Positions 1-14,000 of a DNA stretch of 64,000 bases are shown here, piece by piece. A program made the position numbers and the translations under genes. The notes below the pieces were generated by a model that was given only the letters and a program-made list of their open reading frames with translations, had not been told where the DNA came from and searched no databases. The stretch's first letter is position 1. Each line of letters starts with the position of its first letter. Source of the DNA: Auanema rhodensis (taxonomy: Eukaryota > Animalia > Nematoda); contig OZ059898.1 of assembly GCA_964057225.1 (NCBI GenBank), positions 15,686,001 through 15,750,000 of the forward strand. Direction: 5' to 3'.

Positions 1-949
1 GAGCAATTTCTCAGCCAGCATTTCCGAACCATTTAAGTTGTTTGTGTATTAAATATTCTGTGATGAGAATTTGAAAATATCTTGAGAGTGAAATGATACT
101 CAGCTAGCTTTCAATACTGCTTGACGTATGTTCTTCCTCTTCAGCTATTTCATCATAGTTTCAAAACTCTCGTAAATCTGAATATTAAACTTTACTCGGA
201 ACAAAAGATAGATATGCTAGAAGTATCACAAGGTACACCGGATATATCCGAATCATAGAAACGGCTTTTCCATATTCCATCTGCTACCTATAGTAGATTC
301 ATAAGCTTCTCCCCACTTCTCTCCCTCTCTCCCTCTCTCTCTTTCTCTATTTTTTGAAATTTTCCTCCTTCTACACGAATTACAAATTCAATATCTGAAA
401 TCAAATGCATTCTAGTAGAGTTGGTGTAGCTTAGCTATTGGCTGAAATATCGATTGCACTCCTCAGTAGAGAGCTGAAAGCTCCTCGGTTCTTTAAGCCC
501 CACCAACCATTCCACTAGCCGTTTCGTCTTTTTTTTTCAAATCTTCACATATATTATATATAAATATATAAATATTAATTAATTCATATATATATGTATA
601 TTTATAAATAAATTTTTCTTATTTTTTATATAACATTAGTCATAGACGATTGAAAATCAAATTTATTGATAATTCATTATAATTTTCATAAATATCGAAC
701 ATTTTATTTGATTTTTCTTGTATTTTAGATAAAGTATTATACATCAAAAATCCTTTTTCAGAAATAATTACATATCTCATATATATATATATATATTGTC
801 TTTATTTCTATAATCTTCTTTAGAATCTCTATAAAACTAAATATTAGATAAAAACTATATTTGCTTATTATTATATGTGAAGCCTTTTCCTTTACTTTTT
901 AGTAACTTTGTTGCTGGACTAAGGTTACTTCTTTCTTTTTCTCTGTATT

Positions 950-1000
950 GTCTTCTTCTTCTTCTTCTTCTTCTACTACTTCTTCTTCTTCTTCATCTTC
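950..1000. repeat. Imperfect (CTT)n microsatellite
   Basis: Read directly from the sequence. Confidence 0.85.
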
Positions 1001-2551
1001 TTTTTCTATAATGCATGATCAGACCACCTGTTTTCTTTTTTTTGTCCGAGATAATTCAAGAAGAAAACAAGCATCTAACCTCAACATATATTTCTGATGA
1101 TTATACATTCGTTTGTATATATATTTCTTTGCCGTTTCGTAGAAATATAAGCTGATTTTCCAAAAATTTTTACGAAATTGGCTATTATGCTCTATAACGA
1201 TGTATGATGTATGATCTGCGTGGTTCCAATGATTCCTCATAAAACTTTCGTAAAATTGCGAAAGTCACATCGAGTCTTCGATTTCAAAGATTTAGCACAT
1301 TACTCCTTTATCCCCTATTGTAGTTTCGATTCGTTTGCTCCAATCATCGTCATCCAATTCTTATTTGTCGGTTTTTTTGGGAACTTTTTTGTCCCCCAAA
1401 GGAAACCAAGTTGACTTTGTTTTAAGAAAATTTCAGCTAACTAACTAACTGAACTACAGATGATGTCATCTGTATTTGTGGCATGCTTGTTCTATTTTTA
1501 GAATTAAATGTTTCTAAATATCTATTGTTGGCATTTCCACTTTGATCACAATCCTATTCAATTCATATCTGCCGAATGTATATATTTCATCTGAAAACAT
1601 AAATATAAATAATAAAATTATATTTTTATTCATTTCATTTCATTCAATGAAAACAAAAACAAGCTTTTGCTGGTGATGATGATGATGTTGATGTCGATGA
1701 TGTTGATGTTGGCGATGATTATAATGGTGGTGGTAAGAAGAAGCTCATCGAATAGATCGTAATCTTCAACTTAAAACTTATCTTCAGCCTTTCGTTGAAT
1801 ATTTTTTCAATTTTTGGTTATTTAAGATGATTTTAAGAAATTACTTAATGAACTCAGCTAAGTTATGATACGAGCTTATAAAGATTTGAAAGAAGGAAAT
1901 ACGAACTCTAATTAGAAGCGCATATTACTCTTTATAATCCAGGATTATGGATTTAGTGTGGTCAGTTGACGTTTTTCTAAAATGTTTTTGTAGCTTTCTA
2001 ACATCTTTCGTCGTTTTTTTCAAGAAATATATAACCACAGAAAAATACTAAACCAGCTGTGCTTGAATTGAAGCAAATTGGTAAGTGGCATCTAACTCAA
2101 ATGATTCTAATGGGGGTACCAGCAGCATGTTGCCAGTGACAAGCTGTAACTACTATTGGCTACATAAACGTTTTGCCAACAATCATGTGTTAAATCTTTG
2201 ATTAATACAAATTATCATAAAAATCGGATTAGTACTTTATAATATTCGTTAAATCAGGCTTCAAAGTAACAGCTTGAAGCAAACAAAGGCTGAATGAAGT
2301 CCTACAACTCAGCGTATTTTGCAAACATACTATGGCTGTGTAGAAAGAAGAACAATTCGTAAATGTTTTGATACGAGGAAGTAAGCAGATGTTTTCTTTT
2401 ATTATGAATATCTAAAAAAACAATTAAAAGGTGTTCGAATGTCCTTTGTTGGATAAAAACATCGTTCATACATTCGAAGAGACAATTCTTCGCCATTGAA
2501 TCAAAAGAAAACTGAATTATCTGCATATTTCATACAAAAAATCTTATTATT

Positions 2552-2553
<2 letters not shown>

Positions 2554-2585
<32 letters not shown>
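2554..2585. repeat. (TA)n microsatellite
   Basis: Read directly from the sequence. Confidence 0.9.
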
Positions 2586-2588
<3 letters not shown>

Positions 2589-5500
2589 TAAGCTAGTAGA
2601 TATAGGTGAGATATTTCATTTGAACATCAATTTTCTGTCTTTTTAGTATTATTTACACTATCGCAATTCAAATTATCTTGTTGATTTCATAGCAAAACAG
2701 AAGTTGACAACATAGTATATCTCATAGCATGCATATACATACTTCCTTGTTTGATAAACCAAAAAAAACATTTTCTTGAACTTTAATTCGTTAAAAATTT
2801 CACTTTACTTGTGTTACTTTACATTAAACTGTAGGAAAAACTGACAAAAAGCAACAGGAGATACGTTATGATTAGTTTAATCTGATTGATGATCTCATGC
2901 ATTTTCTCTTACTTCTCAGTATTGAGGGTATAATTCTAAGATTTTTATTAATTTGTGCTATGGTTTTAGATGAAAAAGGTAAGGTTGCTTTGATGCTTTT
3001 GTTTACAATGTTCATGCTGTTTATAATATAAACTTGAGAGCATTACAAGCTATAAGGTTGTAACTTGATAACACTCGAATTAACAACTAGACTAATCAAA
3101 GAACTTTTCTCTAAACAACGATTTTCATCATTATTTTATTTATTCCATACCCTTCTTCCTATTTTCAATTATTACTGTGGACATTTCAGGAAGACAATAT
3201 TATTTTCCAATAACAGGTAGCTTAACAATAGTTGTTGCCCCGCTTTCGTCAGCATCAACACTCCTTATTGGGATTGATAAAGATTTTTTTATGTTCTCCT
3301 TTGTGTTTAATAAGACAAGGAACTTCTTTTTTAAAAAGCATCATCCTAATCATGTACTTGTTCTTCTATTTCTCCTCCCCACACTTATCCTCCAATTAAT
3401 TTTTTTAATCGAAAAAAAAAGAGTAGAAAATGCACATCTTCATAATACATTGCCATAGCAACTACATCGGCATGTTTGATTGTATCTTTCGGTTTCTATA
3501 ATTTTGTTGCTAAATTGGTTTTTTTTTCTTAATGTTCATTCAACTGAAGTACCAAAGATGGAGAAAAAACTAATTGTGTGGGTGGATAATCAACGAGAGA
3601 AGCAGAATGATGTTCTTCAATGGAAGAAATGCTGAGCACACTAGAAGCAATAGCAGATGGAAAAGCAAGAAACAACAGCAGGACGACTGATTGTGCAATG
3701 CTTTCCAATCCCTAAGCTTTACTTAGCATTTGTCTGGCTTTCTTCACGTAAGCATCACGAAGTTTCTTGCTCACCCCCGCGCTTCATTACTAGTTCAAGA
3801 GAAAGGCAGAGAGAGAGAGAGAGAGAGAAGCAGAAGAGGACGAATTTCTAAAAAGTAATCCATCCACTGCGTAAATCGTGGATCCATTCCGTTCACTAGA
3901 CTGTTGTTACTCACTTACACACTTACACTACAACTACCTACGTGCCTTTCCTTAACTTCTAATTTGATGCGGATTTTGTGATTTATTTCGAATTTTTTCG
4001 TCTTTGTATATATAAGAGCTTAAAATTTATACCAACAACTATTAAAGAACATATTTTTGAAATCATCGCAATCTGCTATTGCTACTACTACCTCATTCGT
4101 TTCACTCTCATTCTTTTGAATGTTTTTCTATTTCAACGTGTTCCTCAATTTTTTTCATGCATATCCCTTTACCCGTTATTTACTTTCATCACTTTTCGCT
4201 TTCGTAAGATTTCTTACATCATCTGATCTAATAGATATTTAACAATCTTTCAAAGTTACTTATTGTACTTTTTGTAAATAATTTTTGTTCTTCAATGAAT
4301 TAAACCTCGATGGGCCTTTAGTTTATGGGCTGTATGAAAGTACATGAGATTGAAATGGCACAATGCTTTGTAGTCATGCGTTTCTTCTCTCTAGACGACG
4401 ATGATGACGTTGATGTCATACACACACACACACACATACACTCAGGCGTACGACTATAATCTTCTCTCATCTACTGCTAAAGCTTCACTGCCAAACATTG
4501 ACCAGCCTGATCTTGCTCGTTCCTTTCATTTCATGCTTTCTAAAAATTTTGTTTTATTATTTCTCATACAAATCTACTTCTTCAATATTTTTCAATCAGA
4601 TTTTCTGAGAAAAATCTGTTATCTGAGCTGTTTATCTATCCTATTAAGCCAATTTCAATGTTCCATTCAACGGCAGAGATATTATTCCTCCAAAACAGTT
4701 CAATAAATCCAAAATCTGTTATCCAATTATTATTATTATTACAACTTGATTCTTCTCAATAATCACATCAACATTATCTTATATCGCATTTTTTTCTCAT
4801 TTTACTATGAAATAGACTACGCGACAACAAAAATATCTCATAATAGATTTTGAAAGTCATCTTGTCGGAAAAAAAAAGAAAAAAAAACGAATGAAAATAG
4901 CTTCTCTTACAAAACATCGCCACCTGTTCCAGATGAAGATGTTGAGAGTTATTTTGGAATGGAAATAGAAGAATTATTTTATCTGTGTTTATACAGATTA
5001 CACGTTTTTCCTCATCTGTGTTCGTTTTTTTCTTCTAAATTCTGTTTTCATTTGCCTTCATCTTCATCTTGTCTGATTCTAGATAATAAATTTAATTTAT
5101 TCTTTCGTACTATGAAAATGAATTAAATTGCTGGAATGAAAGAGGCAGTTGAACGTTTTTTTCACCTTTTATAGCAATTACACTACATCATCTGATGTCA
5201 GCTGGAAAATGGTGAATGTGAAATGAGCAAGAGCTCAGATCTACCATTCAGGCATTCACTCATCTTATTCTTTGTATGTTATGCTTTTCACATTACTTCT
5301 CTTTCTAAGGGACTCTTAAGATTTCATCATAGCAGAGGTCTTGAGTAATACTCATCAGCGTTTCATGCTTTCGAAACATGGCCATCGCCATCAGCTATTC
5401 CAAATAGCCGTATTCTTCAGATTTTTATTTAAAATGTCACAGAGTTCCTCTTACCCTCTCTTTCTTTCTCTTTTTTTTCATCATTCACTCTCTCTTTCTT

Positions 5501-7223
5501 TCCCTCTGTCAATATAATTCTCTCTTTTTGTCTTCATTTTCTTTTTTGGGCATGCTTCTTTATCAAAAATGAGCTTACGACATGTTTTTAATGAAAACTT
5601 CACACGTGATGTCGTCAGAATTAGAAATGAAGCAAGCAATAAAGAGAGATAAAAAGCTTCGTAATAATTCAAGAAAACTTCAGCATAACGCTTTTTATCC
5701 ACAGAATCATGGTGTAGGTGGAGATTCGAAAAACGAAATTAGGATGTAATATTCAAAACAAATCGTTGCAACTCCTCATCACACTATCCTCTGTCTCTCT
5801 TTTTCTTAAAACATTTTTTATTCTCCTAATTATTCTGAACAACCTCACATTGTAGCGATTTCATAGAACGATCAGATGTAACGATAGAATTATCTGTAAA
5901 GTCCCATGACATCAGATTACAGAAATAGGATCATTTTTTCCCGGGCTTTTACGTTGACGAAATCAAACTAGTGAATCACCCTCATCACCTCAGATCCATT
6001 ATTCATATAGTATTTGGTTTATTCATTTTCTTCAGATCTCTTCTCATTATTTCATCAATTATTTCATAAAATTTACAAACTTTACTTCAAGTTATCATCT
6101 GTTAGTTTACAACTCGTATTCATTTACAATGGTAGGACATCATGAACCCAAAATATCATGCCAGCAGATGAGCCCTATTCGACATTCATCATTATCAGAT
6201 CTAGCAAGAATAAATGAATTTTTAGTATTCTTGCACCCAAACTAGCTCCGCCTACTTTTCTCTTTACCCTTTCTGTCCTCAGAATTCACTATTGACTTTT
6301 GAATGCAAAGACTATGAGATCAGCTTGCTGAAGCGTATTATCAACTATGACGCTTTTTTCGTATGTTTGTAGTATATTTTCTGAATTGATGTTCTAGAGC
6401 AACCAAGATGTTTGTTCATCTTCCGGTCAGATTAGAAGATAAGTTTGACCCTTTCATCTTGAAAAAACTAGCTGAGTTTCTATTTTTATCGTCAATATCA
6501 TATTCTGTTTTTATCCTTTATATCACATACATACATCGGCTCAAAACTGTTATCTTCCTTTGTGTATGTGTGTGTGTGTGGATATGTGTGTGTGTGTGGC
6601 TCAGCTGTCAGATAAAAAATCCCCCCGCTGTGCAACTTTTCGAAATTTGGCAAATGTTTCAACTCATAATTTCATCAAATCGAAGATATACGTATAACTC
6701 CGATGTTAGTAGCTTCTTATCCCTGTTTTAACTGATTATCCTGGACTGTTAACATCAAGAACTGCTCAACCATATGCATATATAAACAGATTTTGAAGTT
6801 TTCTTTTGTTTTTATAATCTTTATTATACAAAATAGCTTATTAATCAATGTAAATCAAAAGATTTTCGTAATTATTGTTCAGATCCACCTTGCGAATGCA
6901 TTTTTTTTTTCGTTTTTATTATTTTCTATCAATTCTGAAATACCGTTTGATATTATTGCCTTTGTCCAATTTTCTTCATTTTTTCTTGTTTTTTTCTTTT
7001 CTTTATCAAAGATTTGGCTGTTTTCTTTCGACTTGTTTGAAACTTTTTTTTTCTTTTTTTTTTACTATCTCTTCTATAAATCTCGAATATATCTTTTTGA
7101 ATAACATATTTTTTCAGTTTTTTTTTTCAACCTATGTCACCTCGAACTTTTGTTCGTGGATTCAATACATATCATATCCTTCTTTCATCGTTGTAACAGA
7201 CATCTTCTATCTGAAGTTTAACA

Positions 7224-9992
7224 ATGGTCACATCAGACGTCACAGCGCCATCGTTGGCATCTTTGAACTCTCAAAAGGTTTACCTTAAATGTATTTAAAT
7301 AAAGTATTGCAGTTTTAATAGTTTTATTTGTGAGATAAAAAAATATTTGCACATTGATTTTTTTTAAATTATTCTAACTTTTCATTATTTGTACAGGTAG
7401 GCAGTAAATTCACCTTGGAACGTGTAGAAGAGCCTGATCTTCTGGAGACACCAGCACCAAAGCTGACTTTCTACCATTTATGGGGACGCTGCAGGTTTCT
7501 TTATTTTTAGCTCTTGCACGAATGTTGAAATTTGAATGATTTTTATACCTAAGTAAAGAACTATTATTAAAAGATAATTATAATAAGAATAATATGTTTT
7601 ATATAAAATATATGTTGTGCTCAGTGGCAAAAAGAAGGAAATACATCCATTTCATAATAATGACCGAAATAATAATTGTAGTTATACTAGTTATTTAATA
7701 GAATATTTAAATTTATATATAGATATATATATATAATTGATTAAACAACCGTGTTGCACGTAAATAATATGTAAAATGAGTATTTTCACGTGTACGCTAA
7801 ACTTCACGGGATATGCAAATGTGATATGTGATATCTAAATAATCTAATTTATATATTAATTTACAAATATAATATTGTGATTCACAAATAATTATGTTCA
7901 AGTTATGTACATGTTTTTTCCCCTCAAAAAGTAGTGATAGCCAGAGATATTATTAGATATTAGTTACAGTATAATTTCTTATTTCTTATTGAGAGCTTGT
8001 TTTGATTATTGTACATACGGAAATAGTAGAATAAACACACTTTTTTTCTAATTTTTACTACTTTTCATTTATTATATATTGATGTATAAATATGTCTATT
8101 TTCAAGGTATCTCGTATTACTGTTGGCAGTATTTTGCTTCACCGCAGCTCGGTCTAATGACCTCGTTTTTGCGTTCACCATCATTTGCATGACCAATAAT
8201 AATTCTGAAAGTGGCGTAAGTAAATTTGAAAATTTGTCTGTTTATAAACAAAGCCTGTGATTGTTTTTTCATTATGTGTTTGTGGATTTCAGAGCGAAAC
8301 CATTCCTTTATCACCTCAAGACTTATCGTTGTCTTTTGCGGGTGCTGGCGCTGGATCTATATTAGCAGCTATGCCTTTAGCATTTTTACTGCAAATTTTT
8401 GGTGGACGGTATAGCTTGATCTAAAACTAGAATTAGTTTAAATTCGATTTTTTAGGGTAGTTATGAGCATACTTTTGCTCTCAACAGCTCTGTGTACATT
8501 CAGCTTACCATTTGCTGCATCCTTTGCACACCAAAATGGTTGGCCCATTTTCAGTTTGATATTCCCACTCAGATTGATTCAGGGTATGGATCATAGAAAG
8601 TTGATAGAAAGCAAATTAATATTTCAGGTATCGGAATTGCATCTGTAATGCCAATGATGGGCTTCGTAAGTGCTCATTGGGCTCCTGTAACAGAAATTGG
8701 AAAGTTTGTCACAATTCTTTCAAGTGCTAGTCAGCTTTCACAAATTGTTACTATGCCAGCTTCTGCTCATCTTTGGTATGGGTATTAGTAAAGCTGAGAA
8801 GAGTTTCAATCATTTTAGTGTGACAGCAGGATGGCCTTGGGCTTATTACCTTCATGGAATGCTTGCCATCACAGGAGCAGCGCTCTTCTTGTTAATGTTC
8901 CGAAATTCTCCAAACAAACATCCTTGTGTATCTGAATCAGAACTTTCCAAAATAACAAACGGAGGTTTTCTTGAAAATACCAAATTCAATTTATCATCCG
9001 TTTATTTCTTTAGTTCAACACAGAAAACGGAAAGATCAATGTATACCATATCGTAGCATTGCTACCAGCAAGCCTGTATGGGCAGTTTGGTTAGCCTTTC
9101 TGGGAAATTCTTTTGGTTTCCAAATAATTGTTCAGTACGTATCAATAATTATAGATTAGGAAAATATATTTGATATTTAGATTTATGCCCACGTATTTGA
9201 ACAAAGTTCTCTTAGTTCCTATTGAACGTACTGGATTTTCTGCTGTACTTCCACCAATTGCTCAGCTTCTTATTAAAATTTTGGCAGGATATTCGAGTGA
9301 TAAGATAACTTTCTTAGGGGTAATTTCTTCTTTTTCAAAAACTTTATTTGAAAAATTCTCATTTTAGGAACGAAGAAAACTCCAAGTCTTCAATACTATC
9401 GCCATGTGTGGATGTGGTCTATTCCTTCTGCCTCTTGGATTTCTCGATACATCACAAGCGTCGTTAGCCATAGGTATGTCGAAATAATAACACAGGTTAC
9501 TTAATATATAAAATCTTCAGCTTGCTTCTCTAGTTCTGTATCATGCTTGGGTCTTGTAACATGTGGCTCAATGAAAAGTGCTACTATGGTTGCTCGTCAA
9601 TACAGTCATTTCGTAATGTCAGTTGTACAGGTTTGTCTATTTCTGTAATCTTTTTTACAATGATGCAAGTCATCTTTCAGTTCGTGGTCTGTATTGGTTA
9701 TCTCGCCGTCCCCTTTTTAGTATCAACTCTTGCACCAAACAATGTCATCGAAGAGTGGAGGTATAATCACCATATTCTGTAACTCCCACCCATTAATCTT
9801 TTTTTTTTCAGAAATGTTTTTGTTATCGTTGGCCTTATTCTCTTCCTCTCCAATCTCGGATTTTGTATCTTATGTGATTCAGAACCAGCAAAATGGACAG
9901 TCGACAGCATCCGTATTCCCAGTACCAAAAACATTCCTCTCTTGTCTGATGATCCACAGGCCACAGTGGCTACAATCGCTGAAAGTGCCTGA
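7224..9992 (+). CDS. MFS transporter, SLC17/sialin-like nematode family (multi-exon)
   Basis: Spliced exons give [76 protein letters not shown] and [11 protein letters not shown], ending ATIAESA*. The start at 7224 is inferred. Confidence 0.88.
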
Positions 9993-11003
9993 ATATAATT
10001 TTATATTTTGAAATCTTTTTGCCTAATTTTTTTGAATTTGTTATTGATGACGAATTCTTTGCGAGCCATTGTTCAAACTTAATATAATTTTCTACGGTTC
10101 TGATATTGTATATAAATCTTATTTTAAAAATAAATATTTAATAACCACTGCTCAAGATTTAGAAAAAAAATTTTAAAAATATTTAAGCTACATAAATAAT
10201 ACAAAAAAAATCTTTATTCGAGAATTTCCTCATTCCTAAACCAGTTTTTGAATATTTCTTCAAATATCCCAAATTTGGCGCTAGCGTTACAGATTATTAA
10301 TTTGAACAACGGCCTACAATATAAAGTATGATTCACTTATACTCGTGTTATTGTATTCAAGAACTGAATAATTCATCGTTACGAATGTTAATTTTCATAT
10401 TAATTTTTAGAAACTACAATAAATGTAATTAATCTAAATAGTTGTAATATCTTGGGCGAGTAGCTCAACTGGTTCTTCAGTTGAGTTTATAATCTTTCGC
10501 TGATAATTTTTTATTGATTTTGATAACTCTTCTTACTGTTGCTGTATTTCTTTCTATAGTTTGAAAGGAACAGCTCAATGTGTATCGATGAAAAGATGTT
10601 GAAGTCCGTTATTTATGCGCGAACGTCTTTGGTTTCTCTCATTTAACACACTCTCTCGCTGTGTTCTGTTTACTGCATCATCCATTACGAGGAAGCTCAT
10701 TCTGCTTTATCAAAATTTAATTCCTTAAAATTTTTCTTTTCCAAAATAAAGTTTTAAAATTAAATTAAAAATTAAATTTATTTATTCAAGCTCTCATATT
10801 TTCAATACGGTTTTTACGCGTCGTAAATTTCATTTCTTTTGTTACAGGTATCCTCGAAGGCTATTTTTATTTGATTAGAAAGACATATATACTAGGTTGT
10901 TATCATTTTGTCTATCATCTCAAATTTTGTTGGAAGGACCAGGGTCTTGAGTTCTTTGTCTTGTCAAGTTCGCTTCCTGTCTACCAGTCCTATTAACTTA
11001 AAA

Positions 11004-14000
11004 ATGACTATCAAAGATGAAGTAGGTTCTTCTATTGTTATTGTTTCTGAAATTTCTTTTTTAGCTTCCTGATGGTCTTCTCCAATCCGAAGAAGTGATA
11101 TCTGCTTCGAATAGACTCACTTCATTCCCAACGGAACTCCTTCTACCAAAAGGTCCAACACAGCAGGTTTTATATTTGTTTTTGTTTTGATTTCATAATT
11201 CTCCTAATACTCAGGAAGCGTTCTTACAAAAATATCCCAGCTTTGATGGTAGAGGAATTGTCATTGGTGTTCTTGATACGGGAGTTGATCCTGCTCTACC
11301 TGGCTTACAAGTTTGGCACGTAATTTAAAATAAATTATATCAACATTTAAGGTAACCACAACTGGCGAAAGAAAAATAATTGATGTTGTTGATTGCTCCG
11401 GAGCTGGTGATGTGGATACTTCAACTGTTAAAACGGCGGAAAACGGTGTTGTTATTGGATTAACGGGAAGAAAACTTCAAGTATGAAAATAAATTTTGTA
11501 TTTTCCATTATAATTTAATCTTAGATCCCTGCTGAATGGGAGAATCCCTCCAATAAATACCATTTGGGTATTAAAAGCATTTATGAGTTATACTCTAGTA
11601 GTCTTTTGAAAACTATTAAGGTACAAAGCATATATCAAACAATGTTCTTAGTGAATTTTATTAAAGGAAGAAACTAATAAGAATGTTTGGGATCCAATAC
11701 ATCAAATGACTATGTCTGATGTGCAGCGCGCAATGAAAAAACATGAAGAAGCTGTTGGAGGATATAGTGAAAAAATAGTACGTTAACTTTACTTCAAGTT
11801 AATTAAAAATTACTTTTAGATTGAAAAATATGAACGGGAAGATTTGGCGAGTCAAATTGATTACTTAAAATCCGCTGATTCATTCTTTGATAAGGGTCCT
11901 ATTGCTGATTGTTTGGTTTGGCATGATGGAAAACAGTGGAAGTGAGAAAATTATGAAATTGTGAGAAACAATTTTTAATTTGTAGGGCTTGTGTTGATAC
12001 ATCATTCCGTGGTCGTTTAAAGTTATGTACTCCTATGGGATCTTTTAAGGAAACTGGAGAGTTTAACTATCTCACTGAAAGAGGTTCTACTATAGATTTA
12101 TGAGAATAAAGGTGTAATCTCCGTTTCAGATCAAGCAACTTACTCATTCCGTATAAATTCAAATGGTAATTCTCTTGAAATTGTTGTTACTAATGGTGCC
12201 CATGGATCCCATGTTGCGAATATTGCTGCTGCTAATTTCCCAGAAGATCCGAAGTTGAATGGGTTAGCTCCTGGAGCTAAGGTTAGAATACTAAATAACA
12301 TAAGAATCTGACAATTTATTTAGATCGTTTCTTTCTGTATTGGAGACAATCGTATGGATTCCCTTGAAACCGGTACAGGTTTGACTCGAGCCTTTAATAT
12401 GTGTGCGGATTATGGTGTGAATGTGCTTAACATGTCCTTCGGGGAAGGAACTCATATTCCAAACCAAGGGTAATTTATCAAATTTATGAATTTCAAACAA
12501 CAAAACCTATTTCCAGGAGAATAATCGAAGAGCTCCAATATCTCGTCGAAAAACACAATGTAATTTGTTGTATTTCTGTGGGCAATAGCGGACCTGCTCT
12601 TTCAACCGCTGGCGCTCCTGGTGGAACAACTTCTTTAGTTTTAGGTATTTCATTATCTTTAAATATGACAACATATGTTTATTTTCTTAGGAATCGGAGC
12701 ATGCTTGTTCCCCTCTATGGTTGATCCTCTTTATGGATGCCTTAGTACCGTGGAAGGCAACCTTTATCCATGGAGTTCCCGTGGACCGAGGCAACAATAA
12801 AGCCTTCAGTTTCTTTCTTATTCTGTGCTTACAGTGCTGATGCTAGCGTTGCCGTTTCACTTTGTGCTCCTGGAGCAGCCATGACTGGTGTTCCAAAGTC
12901 TTGTCGTAGATCTGCTCAGATGATGAACGGAACATCTATGAGTTCTCCTAATGCTGCTGGATCTATTGGTTGATATATTACCTTGGTTGATTTAATATCT
13001 TAGTTATTCAGCATGTGTTTTGTCCGGACTCAAGGCTAATAATCGATCATGGACCTACTATCAAGTTCGTATGGCTTTGGAGAATTCTGCCCTGCAAATG
13101 GATGAAATTGACAAATTCTCTCAAGGAAATGGAATTGTGCAGGTAAGTCGAATTTTTAGAATGTTCTGACATGAGCGTCCTCTAGATCGAGAATGCGTAT
13201 GATTATTTGATGAAACATGATGAATTCCTTCCATCTAAGCTAGTTGATCTTAAGATTGATGTTCATAGTAAACGAGGTTTTGGCACATCTTTCTTATTAT
13301 TTTCATTGTTTTCTTTTCTTTTCAGGTATTTACCTTCGTGAATTTGCTGAAACTCAAAAAAAGACTGAATATCTTGCTGATATCACACCTGTTTTCGCTA
13401 CTTTTTCAGGTTTTGTTCAATTAAAACATTATGAAGCAAATTTTCATTTTTTCAGACCCTGTTCAGAGTATCGAGTTCACTAAGAATGTTTTGTTGAAAT
13501 GTAATGCTCCATGGGTAAGAGTTCCTGAGACATTCATGCTGGTGGCATGTGGAAGAAATTTCCGTATTGAAGTTGACCCTACGCAACTTCCACCTGGATC
13601 AGTTAATTATACTGAGGTTTGAGTCCAGAAACTTCTTTGTATACATTGAACGAGGTTTTATAGGTGTGTGCCATTGATCCACTTTGCCCTGAGTTGGGCC
13701 CACTTTTCCGTGTTCCTATCACTGTCATAATTCCTGAAGTTCCATTAGACGATGGTATTATTGAATTTGGTTTTGATTCTCATCCGGGAGAGATTGTTCG
13801 TCGTTTTGTACATATTCCAAAGGAAGCTAATGTCATGGGTATAATCCATTTTCATTCAATTATCAAGTAATTTCTTTGTTTTCAGAGGTTGAAATAATAA
13901 ATCTATCAAAGGTTCCGCAAGATCAATATACCCTTCATGCAGTTTACTTAGACCACTTACGCAGTTCAAGAAATTCTGAACTTCATAAAGTAAGTTCCTG

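Noticed and set aside
3664-3771. 10-bp inverted repeat AGCAAGAAAC/GTTTCTTGCT with a miR-87-like GTGAGCAA on the minus strand
   Set aside because: The interior does not pair and the match to miR-87 ends after 8 nt.
1-7100. Short ORFs in the track and an exon-like minus-strand segment near 100-178
   Set aside because: The ORFs are low-complexity F/L/I/S-rich products of AT-rich DNA, and the exon-like segment has stops in all three frames. At most it is UTR of a gene outside the window.
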